Assembly (NCBI GenBank): GCA_965113315.1
Contig: OZ220365.1
Length of the DNA stretch: 64,000 nucleotides
DNA from: Podarcis vaucheri
Taxonomy: Eukaryota
Direction: 5' to 3' (one strand)
The position numbers and the translations under genes are program-made. This document shows, piece by piece, positions 51,977 to 64,000 of the stretch (the first letter of the stretch is position 1; every line of letters begins with the position of its first letter). The notes beneath the pieces were generated by a model that saw nothing but the letters and a program-made list of their open reading frames with translations, did not search any database and was not told the origin of the DNA.

Positions 51977-52037
51977 TGCAATCCTGTACTCACTCACTAG
52001 AGAGTGAGTTCCTTTGAACTCAGTGTATAGGATTGCA
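51977..52037. repeat. Short fold-back interspersed element
   Basis: Inverted ends tgcaatcctgtac...gtataggattgca; a related decayed copy lies at about 386-460. Confidence 0.55.
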
Positions 52038-53401
52038 CTGCTAAGACTGATTTGTAGTCATTTTCAACCAAAAATGGAAACTGGGGAATATTCAATGCAA
52101 GCATTATTTCCAGTAAGTGGCCCTATCAGCTTGTGTTGCATTTGTTTTGCATCAAGGGAGGGGGAAATACCCCAAACTCTTTTTCGATAGGTGTACCTTC
52201 TGCAACAAATGCTGTAGAAAATAAGATTGAATAGCTCTTCTTAATCTCTTTGGTTCACTACCATGTGAGATCAAAATATATCCCTCTTGCTGGGATTTAT
52301 TAATACATTAGAAGACAGGTCACACCAAGAGGGTTGTTTAAAAGAAATCCATGCAGTATATTCTCTGGGGGGTTTTGTTTTTTGCTTCTTCTTCATATAT
52401 GAAGCCAACAAAATCCCACATTGCCACATGGGAAGCTTTCTCTTGGCACCGGTTTGCGTAAGGCTCATTGAATTTTATGAGATGTCTTTAAATGTTTTAT
52501 GTTTCTTGTTATTGATCCCAGCAGAGTTACACCTGGGTTATACCACAAAGCAGAACTCAATCTATAATTCTTATTATTTCTGATCTTTTCAGTCCTCAAG
52601 CTCCGTCAAGAATTTTGAAGTCCACTCGCAGTCCACTTAGGCTACTGTCTTGGTGTAGGAATATATTAAGCATATCAGAAATGGAGGCTTCAGTGATCTT
52701 GGTCAGCAGTATTTGCAGCTCTAACCCACACTGCAAAATTTCATTTTGGGATTATATAGTTGCTTATGTGATACATAAGGCTGGAGCACTTTCATTTTGA
52801 GCAGTGTGTCTTTGTGAACTACTTGTCCCATCAGTCATTTTGGCACATTTTATTGGACATGCATTGCATGGGGAGGGGGCTGGCGGGAGTCCACTGCCCA
52901 TGGAGGCAGAGGCAGAGCAGAGCTATCAGGCTATATTAGCAGTCTATCAATGTAATGGCAATTGCTGACTATAGGAACAGACTTATTGGAGGTTAATGAA
53001 GAGTAGGCTTTGTAATTCCTCATTGCCACTGCTTTAAATAACAGAAAGGAGCATAAATTTCTGCCGAGAGCAGCCGCAAAATTGAATGGTGCAATAAAAT
53101 CTATATCTTCTTATGACTTACATACATTTTCACACAAAAGAAGCTTGTTGCAAAGGAGTGGGAAATGAACATCATAAACAAACACTGGTATATACTGGAA
53201 TCTTATTTCTTTATCTTCACTTTGATGTCATTCAATCGATAGAGTTCAAGGTATCCATAATTTTGCCAGCACAATTAGGATGAACATATGGGAAAATGTG
53301 AGTGTTCATTTTTTTAGACTGCATTTTGGAACCCTCTGCATGCCAAGCAGACTACTGAGCTGTAGCCCTTGGTTGTAAAAGATGCACCTGGTGCAAATCC
53401 T

Positions 53402-53667
53402 CATAGAATCATAGAGTTGGAAGAGACCACAAGGGCCATCAAGTCCAACCCCCTGCCAAGCAGGAAACACCATCAGAGCACTCCTGACATATGGATGTCA
53501 AGCCTCTGCTTAAAGACCTCCAAAGAAGGAGACTCCACCACACTCCTTGGCAGCAAATTCCACTGTCGAACAGCTCTTACTGTCAGGAAATTCTTCCTAA
53601 TGTTTAGGTGGAATCTTCTTTCTTGTAGTTTGGATCCATTGCTCCGTGTCCGCTTCTCTGGAGCAGC
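53402..53667 (-). mobile_element. CR1 LINE 3' end, relatively young
   Basis: (catagaat)n tail, gagttggaagagaccacaagggccatcaagtccaacccc; candidate TSD aatcctc (53396-53402, 53668-53674). Confidence 0.9.
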
Positions 53668-53782
53668 AATCCTCCCTTTGTTTCAACTCTTCTTCATCAC
53701 AAAGCCTACACCTTCAAAGTGATCAGCCTCTTCTTGAGCAACGGCTTTCTTCACATGCTCAAGGTGAAGTTCTTCATTTAAA

Positions 53783-53813
<31 letters not shown>

Positions 53814-53820
53814 GCAACAA
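53783..53820. repeat. (GCA)n trinucleotide repeat, intronic
   Basis: Direct reading. Confidence 0.9.
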
Positions 53821-55975
53821 CCCAGAAGTTGGTTGAGTTTTGAAAAGGGAAATCAGAGGGCAGGATCAAGGTGTTAGGACCTAAACCTGGGGTCAGATGC
53901 AGCAACAGAGGGCCAAGTGATAGGTCCAATCTCCATGGTGTGGAAGGTGTTGATTCCTGCATATCAAGCTGCTGTTAAAGAAGTAGCAACAGGCTATGGC
54001 CTTTTTAAATGTCATGTACCTTTTTAAAGTTGGTAACCGTATCCTCTCCTCAACCCACAAAATGCTTTCACACATTCATGATTACATGCAAAAGCAGCAT
54101 CTGTCTGAAGCCTGTCTCCATGTTCTGAAGCGACAGTGATAAAATTGGTACAGTACTCTGAAGTAGGTACACCCAGAGAGTGTGTTGATGGGTTGTTGTT
54201 TTTCTTTCACTTCACTTTTCTATAAAAATGGAAATAAAAACTGGTCGCCCTTTTGAAAGGTCGGTGACGCTTGGGTCTTTGTAATACTTTCAAAACATTT
54301 CAGAAAAGGTAATTATGCTGTAATTCTTTTACAATTATTATTCACTTGGTGCTTTAATGCATCGTTCTCTTTCTTGCTTTTCATAAAAAGTTCATGGCCT
54401 TAAAGCATTTCAAAATACATTGGAAGGAGAAAACAGATGTAAACACATTCACACACTAAGATATTCACTCTTGCATCTTCATCTGCTTGAATTCCATTGC
54501 TACTTATCATGAACAAAATTTATTATGCTTCTTCAGATAATAGTCTTTTAGAACACTTGAAAACATGAAAATGAAATCATAAAATAATCACAAGTTGTGT
54601 AAAAAAAGAAACCCATGAACTGCAGTGTCTTGAGTTCCAGTAACAGCCAGATTACAAGAGTAGGGGCTGCGACAAAAGTATGTATTAACACAATATGTAT
54701 TAACACATAAGGCACATGGTCCTCACACAAGTTTTTAAAAATCAGCTACGTCTTAACTCTGACCACCAGGAAAGTGGAAAGGTATAAAAAATCTTTGAGT
54801 AAAAAAAAAGAAAGAAAGACTGAGATAATTAGTTCCTCTCTTACATCTGGCAAGTGTCAAATTAGTTCCATTAAATTTTGCCCTGAGCCCTAGGCAATTG
54901 ACACAAAATATACAAGAGTATTAAAATTCACCTAGGGATTTCCCTACTATTATAATGTTTGTATAGCCTATCCCCTGGCATGAAACCAAATGATCACCAC
55001 AATGTATATAGCTCTGCCTGGTCTCATAGAAAACACAATATTTTTTACACCAGTACTATTAAATTCTTCTTAGGGTGTTCACCTGGCAAACAACTACAGT
55101 AGTGTGACGTGGGTGGCAGTGTGTGAAGGAGTTAAGAGAGCATTTTCATCACCAGAAGTGCTTGCATTCGAATGATCCTATGAGAATGGCACCACATACA
55201 CAGCCAACAGAGCTTCATCCCCTCTGGTGTGGAAGAGCTCAAGTTACCAGCTTTATGCTGAGTCTGACCACTGACTGAGTCATCTATTCCAGTGCTGTGC
55301 CATGTGACACTGGGTTGGCTGCTATTTACTACAGCTGCCAGAGACCACAGACTGCAAGTGTCCCAGGAAAGCCAGGACATCCTGTGTTTTTTTCTGCGAG
55401 AGCATGGCAGCCATTTTGAATGTGGTGATCTCGTGCATTTCCCCCCATGATCTCATGCGGGTCACGTGACTCGTGTGGGATCATGGACAAGAAGATGTCC
55501 CTCCCAGTTTTGGGACTCAACATGTTGGAGGGTATGAGAGACTGAAACTGGGACATGCTGAATAAAAATAATGAATGTTTAACTATCAGGAGAATGCCGG
55601 GGGGAAATCAATACATGGATACCTCTTCCTCTCAAACATGCTAGTTTGGGCAGGGCCAAAGCCAAAAGTGGGCAGATTAACAGATTTGAGTCTTGCCTTT
55701 GTATGGTAAAATGTGTTCAAGACATAGGAAAGTCAGAGGTTTCTATACACACACAAATGCCACTCCATCCTACATTGTGGCAAGGAAGAGGCATTGTCAC
55801 AGTTAAACACTTAAGGAGGCGAAGGAGTATGGTCGTTGATGGGTGTGGCCTGGAGACACGTTGTGGTCTAGTTCAAAGGGCCAGAAAAAGAGGTCTTGCG
55901 GGCCACATTTGCTCCCCAGGCCTGAGGTTCCCCACCCCTGTTGTAGAGAAAATGCTCTCAAAGGAAGGCCTTTGG

Positions 55976-56125
55976 CTTTTCGCTCTGCGGATGTGAGCCA
56001 ATCAAGGCCTAAAATAAGACCTTACTCTACAGTTACTGCAACTCTTAGGCTCTTTGTTGAGCTGTTAGCTGTAGAGTAGGGTCTTAATTTAGGCCTTGAT
56101 TGGCTCACATTCACAGAGTTAAAAG
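55976..56125. repeat. About 150-bp inverted repeat (fold-back element)
   Basis: About 60-bp arms: atgtgagccaatcaaggcctaaaataagaccttactctacag vs ctgtagagtagggtcttaatttaggccttgattggctcacat. Confidence 0.9.
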
Positions 56126-56315
56126 AAATCCAAAAATTAACCCCTTCTGGTCAGAGGCAAAGAAATTCTGGACTCAAAATTTATCTGAAAAGAACTAGGT
56201 GCAGTAGTTAGAATTAGCTACACATGTACCCAACTGAGCTGGGAAAGAAAGTACTAGAGTCCTTAGAGCGCAAGTGAGGGGAAGCATATTTTTGAGTGCT
56301 CACCTCTCTCTAAAG

Positions 56316-56450
56316 CAGCAATGGGGGAAATGTAGCCAGTTGTTGTTGGGGCTCCAAATCCCATCAGTGCCACATAGCATGGCCAACAGAAAGGGATGAT
56401 GGAAGTTACAGTCCAGCAATGTCTGTTGGGCCCAGGGTTCCCTATCCCTT
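56316..56450. mobile_element. hAT-type MITE (old)
   Basis: Near-perfect 8-bp TSD ctctaaag/ctctaaaa; same architecture as 63319-63454. Confidence 0.65.
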
Positions 56451-58039
56451 CTCTAAAAGTGGGGGAAAGGAAACACCCACCTGCAAGTGGAAAACTGCTA
56501 AAATCAGGAGTTGATTTTAATGGAGGTGAGCATTCAAATGCAGCATTTTCCACTTGTAGCCTGAAGTTGTACAGTCCATTCTACTGCACATTTTCTTCAG
56601 TGTGCAGACTAAAACATATTAGGGACTGTATACTGGCAAGTTTTAGTACGCTCCCCCTTTCTATATCCTGCACTTCTTCACCCATTTGAAATATTTTGAA
56701 CTGAAAGGTCTGTGGAATTCTTTTCACCCCACAGACTGTAGGCTCCAGTGCAAAGGGCCAGAAAAGCCCAAAAGACCATTCTCAATACTATCTTGCCTGC
56801 ATACACAGAACTGATATGGCTGCAGAGTTGGCTGTTGTGAACTGCCAGCCAACAAAACAATAGCAAAACAGGATTCACTCTTTTAATTTTTTCTTGATGC
56901 TTCCAAACCTCTGAATCCTATTCCAAAATGTTTTAAAAATAGCACTGTGAAGGAGCCGTATATTAAAATCAGTCTGTTTGAATGAGAATTTTAATTTGGG
57001 TGGGTGGAAGAAACAATGATAAATCTCTACTCAGCTATTCCACTGCAGCATGAGGAAGGCAAAGGATACTGAGGCTCTGCATAAGGAGCAGAGTATCCTA
57101 CTCAGTGTTATTATTTACACCCATATAGTTTCCATGATTACATGCAAAAGAAGGCTTCCAGGTCTGCATATGATAGTCTGTGCAGCAAAGAAAATAATGA
57201 GTACCGATGCAATCAGATAAGGATTCTTTAAAACTAAAATGGAATGAGGTGGCAAATTACAATTTAAGACAGACAGATTTGTAAGAGTATGTTCCAAGCT
57301 GAAGAACGAAGGATGGTAATCATATTCACTCAATAAAAGGAGGCTGATTCGGGGGATTGAGCGGGGGGTGGGGGTGGAGGTGTAGGAGTTCGCTAGATGG
57401 AAAGCAAATCTGTTGTCTAGACCAATAAACATCTGTCAAGAAGAACACAGGCAGGAGGACAGAACTGCTGTTGGGTTTCAATATAAATCCAAAGGGGTGG
57501 CATTACCATAAAGGTAGCATACATGTATATATACAGGATTGTGGCTCTTGAAGTGGAACAAACAATCTTAAGATGATGTTCAGTAAAGAGCAATGAGATT
57601 TTTAAAAAACAATGTCTGGACTGGGATTTTTTCCCATAAGGAAAATTTATTTCAGAACAAGGCTCAAATATAGATATTAAGCTTAACCACACTTGCCTTT
57701 TGTCCCACTCTTTCCAAGTGTAGGGTGTGTTTTTTTACCCTGAGCTTTCCCTGTGAAAACCCGCTCTTTAAACTGAATTGGAGCAAACGTCAATTCAGGT
57801 TTTCTGCAGATTGACATTTGCTCCAATTGAGGTTCAAAGTGTGTGGTTTTTGTAGGGAAAGCTCCAGACAAAAAGAAGCCACCTCAGATGCAAAGCTTTA
57901 AAGCACCTGGAAAGAGCACAGGAAAGGTAAATCTGGATAAGTCCTAAGTTGCAAATAAAACAAGTCCATTAAAACAGTTGCAAAATAAAACAGTTCTGAC
58001 AATCAGCTTGCTAGACCAAAACAGGCACCAAGTGAACCG

Positions 58040-58730
58040 TTAGGGACTTCCCCTGCATGTGAAGATAGGCTCTGGTGGATTGAGCGGATGAGATCTAGTG
58101 TGGGTCCAATGGTCAAGATGGCGGTTACTGCATGTGCTGTAGTGAAAAGTGTGAGGCAGATGGGCTTGTCAACCTGAGAAGGTAGCCCAGCTAGGAGAAT
58201 GAAAACTCTGATGCCTTATGAGAAAGGCCTCAGGACTAAACCCCCAGGGGGAAAAATGTACCTGCTGCTTTGTGGGACATCTCCAGGAAAAGAAAAGGGT
58301 AACGAGGAAACCCTACACAAATCCAGAGTGGAGTTCCTAAACTGGTTGGATGGAGTCTTGTATGCCTCCTTCCAGCAACTCCTGCAGCCAAGCTGGTGCC
58401 AAATGTATTGCTCTGCTTTCCTTTCAGCCACATCAGCAAGGCTGAGAAGAGGGTCTTATCATCTGGGGCCCTCCATACCCTAGGGTTGCCATACGTCCAG
58501 AATTTCCTAGACATAACCAGAATACTGCAGTCAGAAGCAGTGTCCAGGTGGACCTCCATACACACTGCCCAGGCTTGCATCCTGGAGAGGTCACTTCAGT
58601 GCTGCAAACACAGCAGGGGTTAGAAGTTACTGGTTGCTGCAGCCACAGCAGGCGCTGTGATTCTCCAGTGGTTTGGCTTCACTCCTGGAGGCACACTCCA
58701 TTGTCTCTCGAGGCAGACAGAGGCCAACAA
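58040..58730 (+). mobile_element. Interspersed repeat, probably the 5' region of an RTE-type retroposon
   Basis: Motif gcttgtcaacctg.gaaggtagccca.ctaggagaa.gaaaactctga, recalled from squamate repeats; family uncertain. Confidence 0.4.
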
Positions 58731-60510
58731 TGTCCTGGGGATTTACAGTGGGTAAGTAAGAGTGGATAAGTAATCTTAGAAAGGAATATCCCCGAGGAGA
58801 GACTGTCTTTGGAGAAATGTGTGCCAGCAGGTTAAAAGATTCCCCTCTCTATGTACTATAACATGGTGCTGAAAAAAGAAATTAAGGGGGGAGACACCCT
58901 CCCAACAGTTTTTTATTATATTGTACAGCTGGAGTACTTATTCAAGTCTCCAGATTTTGCAATCAACAAAAGAAAACACATGTTTAGTTGTTTTAAAATC
59001 ATCAGATGATCTGATACAATTCATTCATCTAACTAATGCATGGTTATGGAATCTGGTTCCTAAGAACATCTTTGAAGATTGAAGAACTGAACAGAGTTTA
59101 AATCTAAGTTCAATATGGTTGTCACAAAAATTACTGAAACATCTCAGTTTAAATATTTATTTATGTTTGAGCTGCATAAAATGAGTAATTCACTCCTTAC
59201 AGGCCAGAGGATTTACCATAGTGTAGATTACAATTTGACCTTTCTACTGCCAGAAGCACGGGATTGTCAGATTAAGGAAGGTTAAATTTAAGTGCAAAAA
59301 GATAAGTTTGAAAACAAAATGAGCTTTACTTGGCTGTGTGCTGCCAACCTGTATTCTTGAATGAGATCACAGTATAACTGGCTCTTAATCCTGATGACTG
59401 CAGCAGCCCAGTACGGTGGAAACCTAAACAATGGATCCAGTCTTTCTAGCCAGAACTGGAGTAAATAATCTCCAACACTGCTTAGTGCCTTGTTAAGTGC
59501 TATAATAAGTTACAGGGTTGCTGTGAATGACACAGAAAACTAATTGCCACAGAATGGGATGTATGGCTTGTTAGCATTCACTGTATAAACATTGTCTGGC
59601 AAACTGTATAATTCTCTCTCCCCTCCCCATTTTAATAATTTGGTATGAGCAGATGACACAAGGTTCTCATCATGCAACCTTAATATGATCTCAGGGAAGC
59701 TCTTCTACATGGAATAATTCATTACATTATGTGTAGCTCAGGGGCTGTGTCAGGGGTTCCCTACCCCGCTTCCTAGTATGTAGCAACCTTTAATGAATGG
59801 CACCTGATCAATAATGCAGAACCTGACATCTGAGAATAAATAAAAAGGCCTTCCCTGTGAGTTCTGCCTGTAGAAAATGTCAGAATCATTTATCACAGAT
59901 CCAGATTGATGCCCTGCAGCTGCTGTCCACAAAGACTCTAAAATCTAACTTTGCTGAGTACCACAAATGTGTTTTTGTGTCGCACATAATTAGCTTTCCT
60001 CCATGACAAAAACGCAAGAGAAAGTCTGATTGAGAACGCGTGTGATGGTGATTATCAGGGCTTTATTAGAAGGACATTCTGCCATAATGGCACTTTGTTT
60101 CCAGGCTGCTTCTTACACAGAGTTACTTTATCTTGATTTCCAGGTGCGCTTTAAAGCAATCCTCTTTGTAACTCTATACAGTCTGAGCTGTTTAATCCAA
60201 ATCAGTTTGCAAACTGCCTTTACATTGGGATTTTAAAGCCATAGATTAACAAGTCAATTGAGTGAACAGCACAAGCCAAACAAATGGCAAATAATACTTT
60301 GGCTCTCCTGATGTCCAGGCATACAGCTGAAGAATGCAGGCTCAACAAGGTCTTAATTGCCTCAAAGAAAGCTACACTTTCACATCAAGCAGAATGGCAG
60401 AAACTAATTGTCTTTTAAAGTCATGCACTTCAATCCCAGCAGAAAGTAGAAGAGGGGTTTGAGATAGCAAAGAATCATTTCTACCACTGATGTAAGCTAG
60501 CTGAAGAGTA

Positions 60511-61147
60511 CAGGGGGGCTGGTCCATCAGGGCAAATGGGGCCCTGCAATATCAGCCAACTTCCACCCACCTGACTACTTACTGAAAACCAGTCCAGGGG
60601 GCGGCCCTGCCTGTCAGCTTCCTCCTCCTCAGTCTCAGTGTTGTCCTTTTAGAATTCAGACGGGGGTGGTGCTGTGGTCTAAACCACAGAGCCTAGGGCT
60701 TGCCAGTCAGAAGGTCGGCGGTTCGAATCCCCGTGGCGGGGTGAGCTCCTGTTGTTCGGTCCCTGCTCCTGCCAACCTAGCAGTTTGAAAGCACGTCAAG
60801 TGCAAGTATATAAATAGGTACCGCTCTGGTGGGAAGGTAAACGGCATTCCCGTGTGCTGCACTGGTTTGCCAGAAGCATCTTAGTCATGCGGGCCACATG
60901 ACCCGAAAGCTGTCTGCGGATAAACGCTGGCTCCCTCGGCCTATAGAGCGAGATGAGCGTGGCAACCCCAGAGTCGTCCACGACTGGACCTAATGGTCAG
61001 GGGTACCTTTACCTTTAAGGTGGGAACAAAACTGGAATCAGTTGGCTCCGCTGGTCATTGGTTCTGGCTCCACCTACTGTTGACCTCCACCTACTGTTGA
61101 CCTCTGCCTTCCACACCACCAGTCCTAATGGTCACCAGCCACCATTG
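60511..61147. mobile_element. Non-autonomous DNA element hosting a Sauria SINE
   Basis: Imperfect inverted ends caggggggctggtccatcagg / cctaatggtcaccagccaccattg; homology to 13695-14095; internal 17-bp duplication at about 61068-61105. Confidence 0.55.
60659..61016 (+). mobile_element. Sauria SINE, full length
   Basis: Pol III B-box GGTTCGAATCC at 60720-60730, typical body and (ACCTTT)2 tail. Confidence 0.92.
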
Positions 61148-63318
61148 AGGGAATAGCATGGGAGGATCCTGGGAAGTTTGTGATTCAGTGATAATCAAAG
61201 CAAAGAGATGTATTTTTTGAGGGGGAAGAGATTTTTCAGCAATCATGATGTCCTTTATCAGCAGTAATTATGCAATTATTGTGCAGCCAGTTGTCTTCAC
61301 ATGTGCCTTGTACTTGAGGCAGAATATCCTTATTGTTAATTGCTTAGGTGCTTTATAAATAACACCCCTATGATAATTCCATTTTTATTAAGTTTTGTCA
61401 ACTTTTTAATTATTTGCCTGACTCTAGTTCCTTCTAACAGTTGAGTTGCATGAGTTTGGTGGGTAATAATGTTAAATCTCCATGTCATGAAAAGTTCCAC
61501 AGAATTATTTCACCCGATCAAGCTGCTGTTGAAGGCACTAGGGCAGCTCAGGTTGACTTTATTTTGGTCAGTTGGCAACCCTGTTTCTTTTACTTAAATT
61601 ATGCATCACAGTAAGAAAAAAGTGGGGGCTGTACAGATTAAGTTTACATAACATTATTGTACATAACATTTCCAGTAACATTGAGCTTTCAGTACTTCTC
61701 CTTTCCTTGGCATTGATCATTATTCTCTGTTTGAAGAGGCACAAACTCATTATATCAAGGAAGAGCGCAGACCTGAAAGCATTAACATTAGATACAATAT
61801 GAGAGGCTCTCGTTTTAGACAATTCATAATGCAGTACTTAAATGCAAATCACTTTTTCCCCTACAGACTGTAATAATTCTTCAGAAATGTTCTGGTATAT
61901 GATTCAGATTTTAGAAGGTTGTGGTTCTTTTGTTACCACTCCCTGGTATGTACAGTAAGGCAAATGGATTTAATAGTTCTCTTGGAGAATATACATCCAC
62001 AGGCTAAAGCTTCTTCTGAAATTTATGTGTAATTGCAACCGACCAGACGGACTTAGCCAAGGGGAAGAAAGTGTGATTTATGTAAAAGCAACTTCCCGTT
62101 ATGAAAAACTTGGAATCTCTCCTAGTAGCTCATCTGGGATTTAGATTTCTGTTTAATTTACATCTGATACATGAAATCTCAAGGCTGTCTGTTCAGATTT
62201 CAGCTGCTAGGGTTATACAATGGTTACTGCTACAACCTCAACATACTATATTTCAGGGAAATTTTGTCATTGCTACATTTAGCATTGAACTCCCCCCTCC
62301 CCCAACACTGTGTTATTCATCACCAATTCAGGTTGGTTCCATCCTGCACAGTGAGCGTAATTTAAGAAATATATAATTTTCTAAACATTACACCTGACTT
62401 TCAGGTGTAATCAGAAACTTAAACTTTGAACAGGGACATGTCCACATTTGAGCATTATTTAACTGTTAATCTACTTTTCCCCCTACACAAAGTAGACCAG
62501 AGTAGTCCACACCAGCACATATTTAAATTTGTACAGGAAAAGCAGCTTTGGTCTTTCCCGTTTATACCAGTAAGAGGTCCCTTTTGTGTTTGTCTCCACT
62601 TTATAATTTGTTGATTCCATTATGCTGATTAAGTATTGACAGGACATGAACAAAGATAGCTGTGCTTTTTTGGGGGGGGGACCTTTTTAAAAAAAAACCT
62701 GCCCAGGAAGTGTGCAAAAGTGCACAATCACATGATTGTAATACTTCTGGTTTTATGCAAATCTGAGGGATCAAACATACACACATACGCATATGCACAC
62801 CTCCATTCAACAGCACTCCAGAAATAGTTACCGGCAGGGCTAGAAAAAGAACTGAAAGCAATTGCTAATTTTCAACACACACACATTTCAGATTGCTTGC
62901 GCTATCTGGTCTAGAAAGTTAGATGTGCTTACGTGCCTGTTAGATCTTGCTTTACGTGCCTGGCAAATAAAAATAAAAATAAATGGAAAGTGAGTGGGCA
63001 TGGGGGGGGGGACTTTGGCAATCCCTCCCAACCCAATGTGTTTTGGGCATACATGATGTCTGGAATGTAACTACCACATAAATTGTGGTCTTCCTGTAGT
63101 TAAAAGCATGACTGGAAAGACATACAAGGACTGATGAAATAGCATGCATAGAAAAGGGAACAGCAGAAAATAATTATTAATCCACCCACACAAAACTCCA
63201 GAACAAATAATTTGCAACCCATGTGGTGGAGTTTGAGGCCTAATTCCTCCCAGTCCCTCTATTCAGTAACCCTAAATTTATGGACAAAAAGCATTGAGAT
63301 CCATTTCTTGATTTAGAC

Positions 63319-63454
63319 CAGGCATCCCCAACCTTCGGCCCTCCAGATGTTTTGGACTACAATTCCCATCATCCCTGACCACTGGTCCTGTTAGCTAGGG
63401 ATCATGGGAGTTGTAGGCCAAAACATCTGGAGGGCCACAGGTTGGGGATGCCTA
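63319..63454. mobile_element. hAT-type MITE, young and palindromic
   Basis: TIR caggcatccccaacct/aggttggggatgccta; perfect 8-bp TSD atttagac (63311-63318, 63455-63462). Confidence 0.92.
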
Positions 63455-64000
63455 ATTTAGACCATCGCCTTCCAGTCTCTTCCATTCACAAAGATGCCCA
63501 CTGTTTACAGGTTGACTTGCCAGATTTTAGAACTTCAGTACAAAAGTGTATGTTACAAAGAGGATGGAGCCACCGTGATGGGTGGCAGCCCCTTGTTGAA
63601 TTTCCTGTGACCCTTCTGACATCCAGTTCAATTTACCCCATGTCATTACAGTTCACTGTAGCAAGGGTGGTGAAACCCAAATCATAATGGCGTCAAGGCA
63701 TGGAGAAAACTGAACTACATGTTACAAAGATTGGAGGGAGAAATTGTCACAGAGCAGCTGTTTCCTCCGTATCCATTGCAATGTATAGCTGCAAGTCTGG
63801 AAATGTATATAAACTTGTTAAGCCACACAAGAAATAAACAGGATTTTCAGGTCAGATAGTGGGTCTCCCATGCCCTTCATTGTGCTTTGCTATTCCCTGT
63901 GAACATAACAGCCAAATACGTGCAAATGTGCATTTTATGATAACCAATGAATTTAGCATATCTTGGTACAATGTATATACAGTTGTACATATGGGTGCAA

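Noticed and set aside
53783-53820. Poly-Ala/poly-Gln coding repeat
   Set aside because: Intronic microsatellite without supporting splice signals or KIF26B similarity.
1-64000. KIF26A identity, CRISPR arrays or prokaryotic-type systems
   Set aside because: Motor and tail sequences fit KIF26B; the DNA is spliced vertebrate sequence with no repeat-spacer arrays or operons.

Overview
Vertebrate (squamate, probably lacertid lizard) genomic DNA lying entirely inside the KIF26B gene (kinesin-11 family) on the minus strand. Seven consecutive coding exons can be reconstructed with GT-AG boundaries and consistent phases: 51311-51517, 50354-50447, 49054-49316, 47083-47266, 42757-42916, 12578-12740 and 6393-9798. 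They total 4477 nt and match my recollection of human exons 6-12, covering the motor domain and the large Ser/Pro-rich exon. Two of them (50354-50447, 42757-42916) are absent from the ORF track. The 5' and 3' exons are not visible, and there is a 200-N assembly gap at 5873-6072. The introns hold squamate repeats (Sauria SINEs, a tRNA-derived Squam3-like SINE, BovB/RTE, CR1 and L2 fragments, hAT and Tc1/pogo MITEs) and several repeat-free blocks that may be enhancers. I found no evidence for a wholly new gene system. The best leads are a TSD-flanked, 5'-inverted (twin-priming-like) BovB insertion beside a perfect palindrome and a tandem duplication; a tandem 5' splice site whose use would put a stop codon in the P-loop; a DEPTOR-like SSGYES candidate phosphodegron in the tail; and an apparent Ala-to-Thr change in the P-loop.
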